DNA of 46,666 nucleotides from Vitrella brassicaformis CCMP3155 (taxonomy: Eukaryota; Protista; Chromerida): the NCBI GenBank assembly GCA_001179505.1, contig CDMY01000590.1:1-46666 (forward strand). The letters are read 5' to 3'. Under the pieces are notes generated by a model. The model searched no databases, was not told where the DNA came from, and saw only the letters and a program-made list of their open reading frames with translations. The position numbers and the translations under genes were made by a program. Positions 11,159-24,000 of this stretch are shown here, one piece after another (the stretch's first letter is position 1; the number at the start of each line of letters is the position of its first letter).

Positions 11159-12915
11159 ATGTTCGCGGCCCTCAGCGTCGCGTCAGTGATTGTGGGTTGT
11201 GCCGTCGGAGCCCCCTCCCTCAGCCACCTCTATGTCATCCATCGGTCGGGTGCGGGCGACACTCCTGTGGACATTCAACCTGCCTTCACCCCTTCTCGCC
11301 ATGAATATGAGGCAAGGCTGTCATGGCGGGAGGACACTTTCACGGTGATGGCTGAAGTCACTGATGCGACACATGACGAGATTGGCGAGGTGTACATCTG
11401 CACTGACAAGGGCGACTGTAGCAGAAAGAAGCAGACCATCGCACTCATGGACCGGGAAAGGGAGTAAGAACAACAAAGGTGCGATGCGAGGGACCGAGGG
11501 CTGGTTGTACGATGGCAGGTGGCCGATTAAAGAAGGAGGGCTGGTCAGGTTTGGTGTACAGGTCAGGCAAAAGAACGGGAAGGACCAGACGGAGTATTCG
11601 GTCCTCATCAGTCGCGCCCGTAAGACATGACTGCTTGAGACGGGCGTATATTGTTTTGATTTTGTGCAGCTGGTAACATTGTGCAGCTGACGTCGATAGA
11701 CGTCGATGGACCGTCCCTGCAGCCACCCTTCAGGGCGGACCAGTCCGACTACATCCTTCATCTGTCTGTTAGTGAGGAGGAGGCAGTGCTTCATTGCCAG
11801 CCAGCAGACATCGGCCAGTTGGTATACGCGACTGCAGGTACAGACAGGAACACCTACGGCGAGCCATGTGCCAATTATGCTGTTTATCTTCAGGTGCCGT
11901 CAACGGATTAAGCACTGAGGAGAGCTCTAAGCTGTCAGAGCCACGAATGCTGACTGATGCGCTTTCGATGTACCCTGTCAAGTCGGATATTATGGCTGGA
12001 GAGTCGAATCATGCCGGGGTCGTTTTTCGCTTCCCTGTACCGATGAAGTCAAAGCGGGGAATTGATATTCGCGTGACATCGGCGGACGGTGGGGAACAGA
12101 AAAAGAAGACTGAGCCAGCGCATTTGTCTCCAATAGGCAGGGGCTAGTCATGGATACTACAACATCGAGGCGTCGCGGCCAGGTACAAAACAAGGGCTAA
12201 GGCTTCTCTTGCAGATGTGTGAGTGTCAACAGGGTGCATTGCCGGCATGTATTTCGATGACACTCAAAGCAAATGCGTGCAGTACTGCTCAAATGGCTTC
12301 TTTCCTGATGAAGGAACGTGCAAAGGTGAAGACTCGAGGTGACAGACCTTTTGCAGTCAGTCAGTCTGTATTTTGACGAGCGCTCGCCGTCGCACACCTG
12401 CGTCTATCACTTGGTTGTCATCTCTGTATGTATTGTGTGTGTTGTCCGGGCAGCATGTCCTAGATTCTGCGCCAGGTGCACTTCCATGGCCCGATGCATC
12501 AGTTGCAAGGTGACATTATCCACTTCAGCACAATAGAGCCGGCGAGGATGCACCTTTGTGTCCAATCAGGGCAATTCCAAAAGCCTCACGTACCGATTGC
12601 ACAACGGACAGTGTGATGAAGCGAGCAAACGTGAGGACCGTCAAACCATCAAAATGTTGAGTCTTCTCGGTGTTTCTCTTGTCGTCGTCAGCGTTCTTTA
12701 CGCGGTATACGAACGTCTTCCTTGGCAGCGTTTTGGCCCTCTCTCTGGCTGCCCTCTCAATCTTAGGTCTGTGTCCACAAACAAGCTTAACTGCACACAC
12801 AGGCGACGCTTCTCTCTTCTCCGCACACACAGGCATATCTGCAGCGTTTTTCTGCATTCGACGGAAAAGACACGCTGATGATGAACTGCAAACACTGACA
12901 GAAAGCACACGATAA
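11159..12915 (+). CDS. Type-I membrane protein (~400 aa, ~10 exons): signal peptide, two cadherin-like beta-sandwich units, furin-like Cys-rich repeat, TM helix, short tail
   Basis: MFAALSVASVIVGCAVG signal; QPAFTPSRHEYEARL..TEYSVLISR and LTSIDVDGPSLQPPFRADQSDY..RVTSADG|ASHGYYNIEASRP; CIAGMYFDD..CVQYCSNGFFPDEGTCK|ACPRFCARCTSMARCISCK; VFLGSVLALSLAALSILG|ISAAFFC followed by IRRKR. Apparent stops fall in introns; one acceptor near 12220 is uncertain (GAG). Confidence 0.75.
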
Positions 12916-13793
12916 ACAACAACATGTGTGCATGCCTAGTTGCAAACGACTCAGCAGACTCCCAAAGAATCAAAGTGACAACCCGAAAAGTCGAAGAGAG
13001 AGCCTTCAACGAGGCGCCCTGCGTGGTCCAGTTGTGAGAAGGACACGAACTAGTGAGAGACGATGACCCCATTATGTATACGTTGCAGCTACTGGAACGG
13101 GAAGGAAGAGAGCAGCAACGAGACTAGTGGGAGAAGATGATGAGCACAGTGGACATGCCTTAAACATTTGTGTCTCATTTGTTGCAGCCGCATTGCAAAC
13201 AAAGGAACGGGCTTTAGAGAAAAAAGGAATTTCTTGCGTTTTTTTGGGCAGAGACTGAGTGGAACCAGTCCAGAACCAGTCTTAAATTCCAATAGTTGAG
13301 ACATATTGAGACACCAAAAAATGCAAAGATTGGCTGACCTTCCCAGGCATCCCCTGACATAAGGCATCTACCTACCATCTGCCTGACCGAATGCAGTGCA
13401 CCATCCATCATTATCACTTGCGTCCTTTCAAATAGCACGGCTGCACCAGTAGGCTTGTACGACAACAGGTGAGGTCTCTTCATCGAGTTTTTGACAGGCG
13501 GCGATAACGGTTTTTGCAAACGGAGATGTTTGTCATGCCACTCCATCCGATCAGTCACCTTCTCGAGAGTCTGCGTCTTTTCTGCATTAACGTACACAAT
13601 GGACCACATCGCTATCAGGCTCGTAAGATTCGTTCAACCCCTCAGGGACAAAATCCATCTGACTCGTGCCGGGGCCCGCCGGCCCCGCTGTGGAGATGTT
13701 AATTTAATAATGCCACACGAATGCCCACAGGACGAGTGTTCACGAGAACAGGTGGAGTGTGAAAAACATGCACGAATCCAACGGACGTGGAGC

Positions 13794-14965
13794 TGGTTGG
13801 TTGGTTATTGTGTTTAACGAGACTCGTGTCTGTAACCCCGAGGGGATCCTGTCCAGGTCACGCACTAAACTAGCAGCATGCACATGCACAGAAGCATGCA
13901 CACGGCATGTCTCCCCATCCCACCNNNNNNNNNNNNNNNNNNNNNNNNNNNNNNNNNNNNNNNNNNNNNNNNNNNNNNNNNNNNNNNNNNNNNNNNNNNN
14001 NNNNNNNNNNNNNNNNNNNNNNNNNNNNNNNNNNNNNNNNNNNNNNNNNNNNNNNNNNNNNNNNNNNNNNNNNNNNNNNNNNNNNNNNNNNNNNNNNNNN
14101 NNNNNNNNNNNNNNNNNNNNNNNNNNNNNNNNNNNNNNNNNNNNNNNNNNNNNNNNNNNNNNNNNNNNNNNNNNNNNNNNNNNNNNNNNNNNNNNNNNNN
14201 NNNNNNNNNNNNNNNNNNNNNNNNCCACCCACTCGACACGCACGTGCCACCCTATGATGGTCAGAAAAATCGCTGTCGACACCGGTTGCAGGTATACGAG
14301 AATGACAGCCAGACATGGGCACGACACCCAGAGGCTAGTCAGAGAGCTCGACGTCGAGCGCCCACTGATCTAAGACATGCTGTTCGTACAGCAGCTCGTC
14401 GCCTTCCCCTGTCTGACTGTCTGGCAAGAATGGGTTGAGGGCAAGCCATTCAGTGCGTGTCGCGTGTGCTGACAGAAGAAAGTCGGCCGCTGCAGAAAGC
14501 ACCGGCAGTTTGTCCGATTGCAGCACACAGTAAGTGAACACAATTGGATGTGACCTGCGCCACAGACGATAACTAGAGGCATCAGGGGCAGTCACGCCAT
14601 GCCGGCCGACAACTGTGTGCAGGGTGTCCCGAAGAGAGCGATACAATGGACAGGATGCAAAAATATGAGACTCATCCTCAATGGGAGGGCGGGTGATTGA
14701 TTGCCCAGTAAGGCTCACGACAGATACAAGCAAGTCAGTTCTGTGCGAGCAAAACGGGCAGACGCTGCCCTCTCGCGGCCGGCCGAAGATGCGTCCATCC
14801 ATGATGGCAGAAGGGTAGCAGCCCACACGAAAAAGAAACAGAACACGGCGCTTACGAAACGGCAGTAGAGCTGGACGTAATGCCAAGTTCCTGTCGTCGA
14901 TGAAATTTTGCCTAGGGTATACTCCATCAAACCGTTTTTGCTCGGCTTCCCTTTCTCCCTCAGAG
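13794..14965 (-). mobile_element. 5'-truncated LINE remnant: ORF2 C-terminal zinc-knuckle, 3' UTR and (ACCA)n tail
   Basis: Minus frame ..LFRVGCYPSAIMDGR..CPFC..EDESHIFASCPLYRSLR (CCHC region typical of LINE ORF2 C-termini), stop at 14335. Its 3' end (13888-13794) reads ..GTTAAACACAATAACCAACCAACCA and recurs at 45251-45344. A gap lies inside. Confidence 0.8.
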
Positions 14966-15034
14966 AGTTAGCCTGACGAGCATCAAGATCTGCCATGGGT
15001 GAGTGAGAGCGGCCCTGAATCGATACAATCACCG

Positions 15035-18000
15035 ATGGAGGACTGCTCTCTGCTGCGCTCCATCATCTGCGAGGCCATGCACGCCCATGGACACGATGAA
15101 CAGGTGACCCTGTTCCGCCTATTGGAGGCCTACGACAGGGTGCTGCAGCGAGCCGCCATTCACCCGCAGGGCGAGCAGGGCATCAGGCTGTATCGCATCC
15201 TGCTCCGGTGGGCACGGCAGCCTGAACGGGACTGGGCCACCCACTATCACGCCGACTTCCCGCACCAACCGCCCATCGTCGTGCAGCGCCACCAGGAGCC
15301 CTCCCACCCCCGTCGCCCTCCCCCTCCCGCCCCTCCACCAGCACTTTCTCCCCGAGTGTACCCCCCGCCCCTGCGGCCCTACCATTCAATGTCCCTGTCA
15401 GCCAGCCATCCGGTGAGCCGCCCACCCCTCACCCGCAATCGCAGCGCGTCGCCGATGGTCGGCCAGTTGGTGCGGCAGGTGGCACCTGTGGCGCCCCTTA
15501 CCACTCTCACACCGACAGCCCCACCTCATGCAGTGCACGGCGGGCGACCTCTGGCTGCGGATCTTGTGGATCGCGCGCCGGAGGAGAGGGAAAGGGAGAA
15601 TGCTCTGGCAAACGGGCAGGCGGATGCTTTCAGGGTAAGTTCGGGTGAATGGGTGGGTGGGTGATGGGTACCAATCTTCTCATTTCTGATTGCTGTCCCC
15701 TCCTTCGTGTTTGTGTATGTAGCGCGAGCAATTGCTGCTTCGGTCTCTGGGGAGCTGGCGCGGCCATCATGCGAGCACACTGGCGCTGCGTCACCGTCTG
15801 CAGAGTGCGCGGCAGCACCGCTCACATACTCTCATATACTGCGCCATGAAGGCGTGGGCGTGCCACACTGTCGCCAAGGGGGCGAGGCGGCGGAGGGCCG
15901 AGGAGGCGGCGAGGAAGCTACACGTCGTCCATGCCAAAGGGCGGCTCAGACAATGGGTGAGTGAGCCGTACGGTCGCTGACAGAGGGAGAGGGTCAGACA
16001 GGGATGAGACACGTACGGCAACACACCCACCCAATCCAAGCATCCTCTCTGTGCAATGGTGTCTGGCTGTCTGTCAGCATCGGTGGTCGTCTGTTCGCCA
16101 CAGTCGCGGTGAGCGTCTGCAGGGGATAGTGAGGATGGATGGCACGCTGATGTTGCGGCGCTACTTCCGGCTGTGGCGGCGTGCATACCGGTCGCAGCGA
16201 GTGCGACAGATGGCCTGGCTGAGGTCATGCTTCGCTGAATGGAGATTCGTCGCCGCTCAAATGGTGCGTACAGGACTCACAGGACATCTCCATATGGCAA
16301 GCATGTGTTACCCATGCTTCTGTCTGTCAGCGTGCCATCCGGTCGGTCCAGCAGCCCTTCACCCGCATCCTCACCCTCAAGCGCATGCGGACGGCCCTCC
16401 ACACCCTCCGCACCAACACGGCATCGCGCCGCAGAGCAGACCTGCTGCTTGTCAAGGCGCATACGCACTTCCGCAGACGCGTGCTGGCCCAGGCAGTGCG
16501 CGTGTTGGGTGGCCACCGTGAGCGGCGGGCGGTGCGTGCGAGTGAGAGGCGGCGTGAGGATGAGAGGGTCCGTAGGTGGCGGCTGGGCAGGGCCACCACC
16601 AGATGGAAGAGGTGTGTTATCTTATATATCCTGGGTGGGAGGGGCATGATGACAAAACAGACAAGACGACAACCAACTGCACTTTTTTCCTCTCACGTGC
16701 CACCCTTCATTGATTTCGTGTCGATATGTACCATGTGCTATGCAGGTGCGTGGCGTCACATCGAGCCATGATGTCCCGGTACGCCGCCATCTCTCGTCGT
16801 CGATCCCACCGTGAGCTGCGACAGTGCTTCATTGTATGGGTGGTGGGCTATCACCGCCCACATGTGGCAAGGAGACGGCGCCACGCGGCCATGGTACGGC
16901 AACTGGCGGCGATGCGTCTGCGGCGGCGGTGGGAGGCCTGGCGGACCGAATTCTGCTACCGTGTGCACATGGAAGCCACAGTACTGGTAAGCCTCGGTAG
17001 GTGTCGATCGAGAATGCATGCCACATATATGTATGCGTGTCTGGGTGGTGTCAGCGTGCGGAGCGTCGTCGTCTGAGTCGTCTGGCCCTCCGTGCGCTCG
17101 AGACGCACGTCAGCTACCGCAAGTGGACCAAGGCAGCCCACAAGGCGGCCTCACTACTCTGCCAGAGAAACAGGTGGGTGGGTGGGTGGGCACATGTACA
17201 AACATCACACAAGAAATACAAAGCAAATGCCCCCCCTCTCCCACCCTGTGGATCCATGCGTGCCTGTACGCACCTACAGGTGTCTGATGGTCCTCAACGC
17301 ATGGCGCCTCATCGTGGCTGAGAGCCGCGCCGTCACGCCCCTCACCTCCCGCACACAGACGTGGGCCGCCATTCGATGGATACACCACACACAACACAAG
17401 CTCCCCTCACCTGCCAATGCCACCTCTGAGAGGCATGCGAAACGGCTGTCTCTCGGCGACTACGTGGGCAACCATGGGTGTGCGCTGGCGATGGTGCCGG
17501 CGTGTATGGGGGTGCACGTCGGCAGACTCAAGAGAATGGTGCGCGACGGCATGGAACATGTCGTCAGACAGGTATGGTCGGATAGAGGGAGAGCGGGCAC
17601 ACGACAACGGAGCGGGGCAAACACATCCATGGACGTTTCCTCATGCTGTTGCGTGTCTGTCTTCTCTTCCCCTCCCTCCGCTCACTCAGTCCGTTCTATC
17701 GCACGTGCTGTCCCGTTGGCGTGCATCGACCAGAGCCGTTAGGGCCTTCAAGCGAGCCGCCACGCACCGCTACGTCCGCCGCACCCTGCTCGCCATGCAC
17801 ACCCTTACACAGAGACGGCGGATGGCTCGGTACGTCTACTCCGTGAGGGCCATGCAGGTGGCCCACCGGATGCAGCACGAGTGCTTCGAGCAGTGGCGAC
17901 AGAGGTGGGAGTACTTCACACACTTCCGTGACCGTGTGCGTGCCTTTCGGGCACATGTGGCGGCGAGGACGGTAAGGGGGTGCTTTATGGGCTGGCGGGT

Positions 18001-21000
18001 GGTGGTCGTCCGCAAGGAGGCACTGAGGATCAAGGAAACGTGAGCACACTGGCAGAGGAGAAATGGGTGGATGGGTGGGTGGGTGGGTGAAGTTGGTGGT
18101 ATTCGCTGTGTGTCTGTCTGTCTGTGTGACTTGTGCAGCATGATGGTCAACCGGTGTGCGCATCGCATCATGAGGGCGACACTGCACCACATGATTCGGG
18201 CGTTCAGGGTGAGCGACCTGTGAACTGCATACAACGCAACAACGCGATAACCCATACCATTGTGTCTGTCTGTCTATCTGCCTGTCTGTGCATGTGTGCA
18301 GGTGTCTCAGCGTGAGAGGGCCCTAGTGGAGACCGCCCGTCTGTTCCGCAGACGCAGCTACCTGCGCAGAGCACTCACCGCACTCACAGCACTACTCAGG
18401 TCTGTCTGCACCAAATGCACCCGCCCCTACGGAAAGGGATGCATTGCACAATGCATTGCAATACGTGCCTCCGTCTCGGTGGTCGCAGGAGTGCTCGCCA
18501 CGAGGGTCACCTGGATGAGGTTGCGGGTGCGGTTCGGCTGGTCATGGCCCTCCGGCATTGGCATCATGCGGCCAGGACCAGGCGGAGGTACCGATTGGCG
18601 CGTGAGGCCTTCAGGCGACGGCTGCAGAGGCGGGCGGTGTGCACCGCCCTCATCAGATGGGCACACATGGCCGCCAAACACAGGCGCCACACCACACTGG
18701 TAGGCCACATACATCCAGGCAAGTGACTGGTGGAGGTCATTCACTTGTTGACGTGACGTCATGTCCTTCTGTGCAGGTCCTGTACAGCGTGTCCAGGTGT
18801 CGCTCTCGCTGTCTCATGGATGCACTCACGACGTGGCAGCACTTGTATCGCCGCAGGAGGGTCCTCAGAGTGCTCGAGGCCCAGGCAGACACATTCCACA
18901 AGAGGTACGTCAATGCATCTACAACCGATAATGAATGCGATCCATTTGCCACACTGTCGCACTCATCTCAGGTGGTACATGCATCGCGTCTGGTGTTTGT
19001 GGCGGCGACGTGTGGAGATTTCCCACAGGCTGGTGGCCATCCACCGTCTGTTGCAGGGCGCCTTCAGCCGAGAAGCCATCAACACATGGGCTGACTGGAC
19101 CACTGCTGCCGAACAGGTACCCAACCGGCAACCGCATCATCACCCCTCATCGAGCCTCTTGGCTGCCTTGTTTCCCTTGCCCTCAGCACGAGGTGCGCAT
19201 CCATGGCGTCCTGCTGGTCCGCCGGTTCCGCATGCTGATACACAAGTGGCACACCATCGCACGCCTCCCGGCCATCCAGGCGCAGGCTACCGCCGCCACG
19301 AGAGCCATCCGTATGCAGGAGGGCTTCACGAGGCTGCACACGGCCGCCAGGGCTCACCGTGCTGCCAGGGGGGCCTCCCATCGGCTGCAGACGTGGGCGC
19401 ACCGCTATCGCATGCGGCTGTTCTTTGACACCCTGGTCTACTGGCGGTCATACCGACAGCGGTGCCGGGCCAACGCCATCGCCATCGCACAAAGCCGCGA
19501 TCGCAAAGAGGCTGGGAGGGCAATGGAGGCGTGGCGCCACAGATGGGAGCAGAAACGCCGTCTGAGGGCCCTGCTGTCCCGTTATGTGGGGGAGAGGAGG
19601 GCGCACCGGCAGAGGGATGCGATGCGCAAGTGGAGGTTTCGAGTGCGGGTGCTCGGTGCACTGCGGCGGTGTGCCGAGAGAAGGCGAAGAAATGGTCTCG
19701 CGCTCTGCGTGAGCGCCTGGGGTGGCGTGGTGGCGGAGAGACGTGACGAGAGGGCGAGGCGGAGGCGCATCGAGGGGCTTGTGGCGAATCGCAGACTGGC
19801 CGACACATGGGACGAATGGAGAAGCAGATTTCTCAACGCAAGACGGTAACCAACGAGGAAGACTGGACGGACAGAGACCAGTTCAATGAAGAAATCTCAT
19901 GTTGCCTTTTGTTCGTCCAGTGTCCGTCTCGCCATCGCCGCCAGTGACGCGAGGCGACGCCGCACCCTCCTCCATACCGCCATCCACACATGGTACTCCC
20001 CCCATCACGCCACACAGACAAATGTATGTATCAGCCTATCTCCCTGTCCGTGTATGCATTCCCTTCTCGCCTGTCTACTGCAGGCACACCATAGCGTCCA
20101 GACGACGCCTGACAGCCGCTCGCGGGGCCATGGTGGCATCCATCCACGCGCAGCGGCGGCTGTGTTGTTCCTTTGCCCAGTGGGTGGGTGCGGCTCGCAC
20201 CCTGGTGGCGTGGCGTCAGGCCGCCCACCGGCTGAGTCGCCTCTGGCGCGGGGCCAGGCTGCGACGGGCCATCGTCACCTGGGCACACGAGGAGAAGTAT
20301 ATCGGGCTCCTACAGTCTGCCGAGCATCGTCTGCTGGCCGAGTATTGCCGCCGTCTGCAACGCCGCGCCCTCCAGGCATGGACCACCCACGTGACCATCC
20401 GGCACTCCAAGCGGGCAGCCAACATCCAGGCCGACGCCGTCGCAGCACGGTTCGCCGTCCGTCGTCACCTGATAGCGTGGCTGAGCTGCCTGGCCGACCG
20501 CATTTCAGCCCGGCAGAGGCAGTCGCACTTTGACGACCGGTCCAGGGGCTATCTGCTCCGGCGTGTGCTGCGGGAGTGGCGGGGGGCTACCATCACAGCC
20601 AAAGAAAGACGCAGCCTCACCGGTAAGCTGGAAAGGGGAGAGAGAGCCACCTACTTTCATGGAAGAATGTATCTGTGTTGGTGTCCGGTTCTTTGTCTGT
20701 CAGATCTCCTTCGGCGTTTTCTCCGCCAGCAGAGTCTCAAGTCCGCCATCCACTGCCTCAAGCGCAACCGTGATACCAAGCAGACCTTCCGCATGCACAT
20801 CCAGCGGGCCATGACGCCCATCCCACTGTCCCTTCCCATGGTGCCGCCCCCCACTGCCCCCCCCGGCAAAGACAAGGGCGACCGAGCGGCCATCACAGTG
20901 AGCGCCGCATCGACGTCGGCGCTGACAAAGGACAGCACACATGACGACAGAGAGAGGGACAAGGAGGGAGAGGACCAGCAGCACCACCAGCAGCAAGGCC

Positions 21001-24000
21001 AGGTTGTGAGGGGGAGGCGTGTTGTCAAGCCGGGGGGGAGTGACGAGCTGCTCGAGAGGCTCGCCAACACCAGACGACTCAGATGGGCGTTTGCCGCCAT
21101 ACGGTGGGTGAGACAATTTGTCATGGATAATGAATGCATACCCATGTCTGCGATCTCTCGTGCATCCTTAAGTGCCTGGTGGTCCCTTGTAAGGGAGGAG
21201 AACGGTCGTCTGGCCACCTTGGGCGACTCGTTGGGCAAGTTCCACCGGTTCCGTGTGCAGGGCGGCACCTTCTACGGGTGGCTCCAGCAGACACTAACCT
21301 CACGACAACGGGGGCACACCATCAGGCGGCGACACGATGAGGGCAGGCTGCGGCGGGCACTGTATGGGTGGTGTGGGGTGCGGCGGGACGAGAGGGAGAG
21401 GGAGGGGGCGGCGGACCAGATGAGGGAGAGACTCCTGGACCAGGCCGCCGTGAGAATCATGTTCACATGGAGAGCCGCTGCAAGGTCAGGGGGTAGGTGG
21501 GTCAAGGAAGGATGCATTGACACAAGTTCCATGCAGTGGTCCTATATGTTTGTTGCCTATATCTTGCGTAGGCATCGCATTGTTCTGCGTGAGGCGTCCC
21601 ATGTCATAGCTTGCCGGCACCATGCCTTGCTCCGTCGGTGGGTGTGGCTGCTCTGGCGCGAAGCAACCCTATTCGCCATCATGGAACGACAAGTGAGCGG
21701 CGCAACACCATGAATGATGCCAAACCATAGATGTATACCATTGTCCGTTTGTTTGTCCTTGTATGTGGTGCAGGCATCTCAGCGTCACATGTTCACGTTG
21801 CAGGGTCACATCCTCCACTCGTGGCGGGATGCGGCCACACGTCTGCGCGCCCTCCGCCACACCCGTGAGGTGTTTGACCGTCGTCGGCTAGGCCGCATGT
21901 TTTCTCTGTGGCGTGCGATGCACATGCGGCGGGTGCGGGAGCGTCGCGATTGTCGGTGCATCGTGGGTCGGTGGCGGATATGGGCGAGGATGCGCCGAAC
22001 TAAGCGGTTCCTGCTGACCCACCTGCTGACCGACAGAAGGGTACGTGTTGGGGGAGGCAGGGAGGGACAAACATCCACCCGTCAATCTCTCATCCATTTA
22101 TCCATGCGGTGGTGGTGGAACCTGTCGTGTTTAGCTGGTGACGGTGACGCAGTCGTTTCGTGCTTGGTATCATCTGGCCCTGCTGTTCAGACAGAGACGG
22201 TAAGCAAGACAGACGCGTACCCATTGCAACGCAAATCATCACCATACACTTTCCCATTCCTCTGCTCTGCTCTGTCTGTCTCCACATGCATGTATGTCCC
22301 CATCAGTTATTTCCAGGACCGCATTCTCTCCCGCCCCCTTGAGGCATCCTTCAACGCCTGGCGAGCGCACATGCGACACATTCAGCTCAGCCGACACGCA
22401 GTCATCCAAACCTCACACTGTAAGGCAAGCAAGCGGCTGCAGCGCACGGCCTTCCACGCGTGGCGACTCCACACCCATCTGAGTGCGTTCGTCCGCCGAC
22501 ACGCCCACCGCCGCATGAGTGAGCTGTTTGCCGTGTGGCGCCGCACACACGTGCTCGGGACGAGGCTTTCGAGGGCGGTTGGGGGTCAGCAGAGTCGCAT
22601 CAAGGCGTGGGCGTGGGATGCGATGCGGCGGTGGGCACAAAGACGGGCTGAACGGATGAGGCGAAATGCACTCGCTGCACACAGGTGGGTCGGCGGGTGG
22701 GTGAGTTTGAGTGGTTCGGGTCACCTTCATGGATATGTGTTTGGTCACGTGCAGGTGTGCGTTGCGCCGTCGGCGGCAGGCGTGGGTTTTGTGGCGCCGT
22801 GAGTACGACCTGCGACACATGGAGTACCGCATTCGGGCCAACACCAGACGACGCACACTCGCAAACATCCTCAGGGTACCTGACTGCCCAGAGATAATAC
22901 ATGGAAAAGACAATGCTCTCCCCGCTTGGATATCCTTCTCCCTTTCCACTTGTATGTATTCAGTCGTGGCACTCATGGAGTCTCTCCCGCATATGCGCCC
23001 GTCTCGCAGGCCACCAGGTCGCCCGCAAACACAACCACCTTCTCGCACGCCACTCATTCACAGCGTGGAAGCGACGCACCGGCACTCGCCTTGTCATCCG
23101 CTCACGCATACGCAGCCGCATCGACGCGCGCCAGTGTCACCTGTTACGGGAGGCGTTGCAGCACTGGCTTCGAGGTGTGTTGGGGGTGAGGTGGGCGGAG
23201 ACCATGCAGAGATGGGACGAGGGTGTGCGGCTGATGCTCGTGGCGAGGGGCATGGCGCAGCTGAGGGACCTGGTGGCCATGGACGTTCACATGCAGCACC
23301 TGGCGCAGAGGGCACCATGGCTGAGGCAACAGATGGGCGAGCTACTCAGGTGATACATGAATGAGGTCCACAACTGCTGTACATGACGCATGCACCCTAT
23401 GTCAGGATTGACCAGAGGAGACTCGCCGACGCCCTGCACGCCCTCCGTACCCGGGCCTTCCGTGCGGCTCTCTGCCGTTCTCTCACCAGCCGTGCATCGG
23501 ACCACTACACACGCCTTGCGCCCTCTCGCGCCATCTGTCGGTGGCACCAACGCACCGATGTGAGGCGGCGAAGACGGCAGCTGTCGGCCTGCCTGGTGCG
23601 CATCAGCGGTGAGGCCTGGCTGCGGCGCGTTGTGTGCGAGTGGAGGGGGGCTTCCATACGGCTGAGAGGTGTGAGGGATGGTGTGGAGCGACGACGGCAG
23701 GAGAAGCAGCAGGTCGTCATGCGGGGCGTGTTGGCACACTGGAGGGAGCGCATTCGGCACTTTACTGTGGGGAGGCGACTGATGGAGAAACAGGTATGGT
23801 AAAACAGGTATATCAGCACGATGATCCGTGGAAAAGGGGCTCTTTGTGTCTTGTATGCTCTTGATGGCACGCAGCTGCGAGTGTGTGCGCATTGGTCGAT
23901 GGCCCACGGGTTCCATCGATGGAGAAGATCCCTCGAGGTAGCGACCCAGAGACGTCAGGTGGCCCGCAAGGCCCAAACCGCCGCCATACGCATCATACGC

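Noticed and set aside
13740-14438. ORF-track entries spanning N runs (also 31321-31961 and 37168-38193)
   Set aside because: Their length comes from the gap placeholders.
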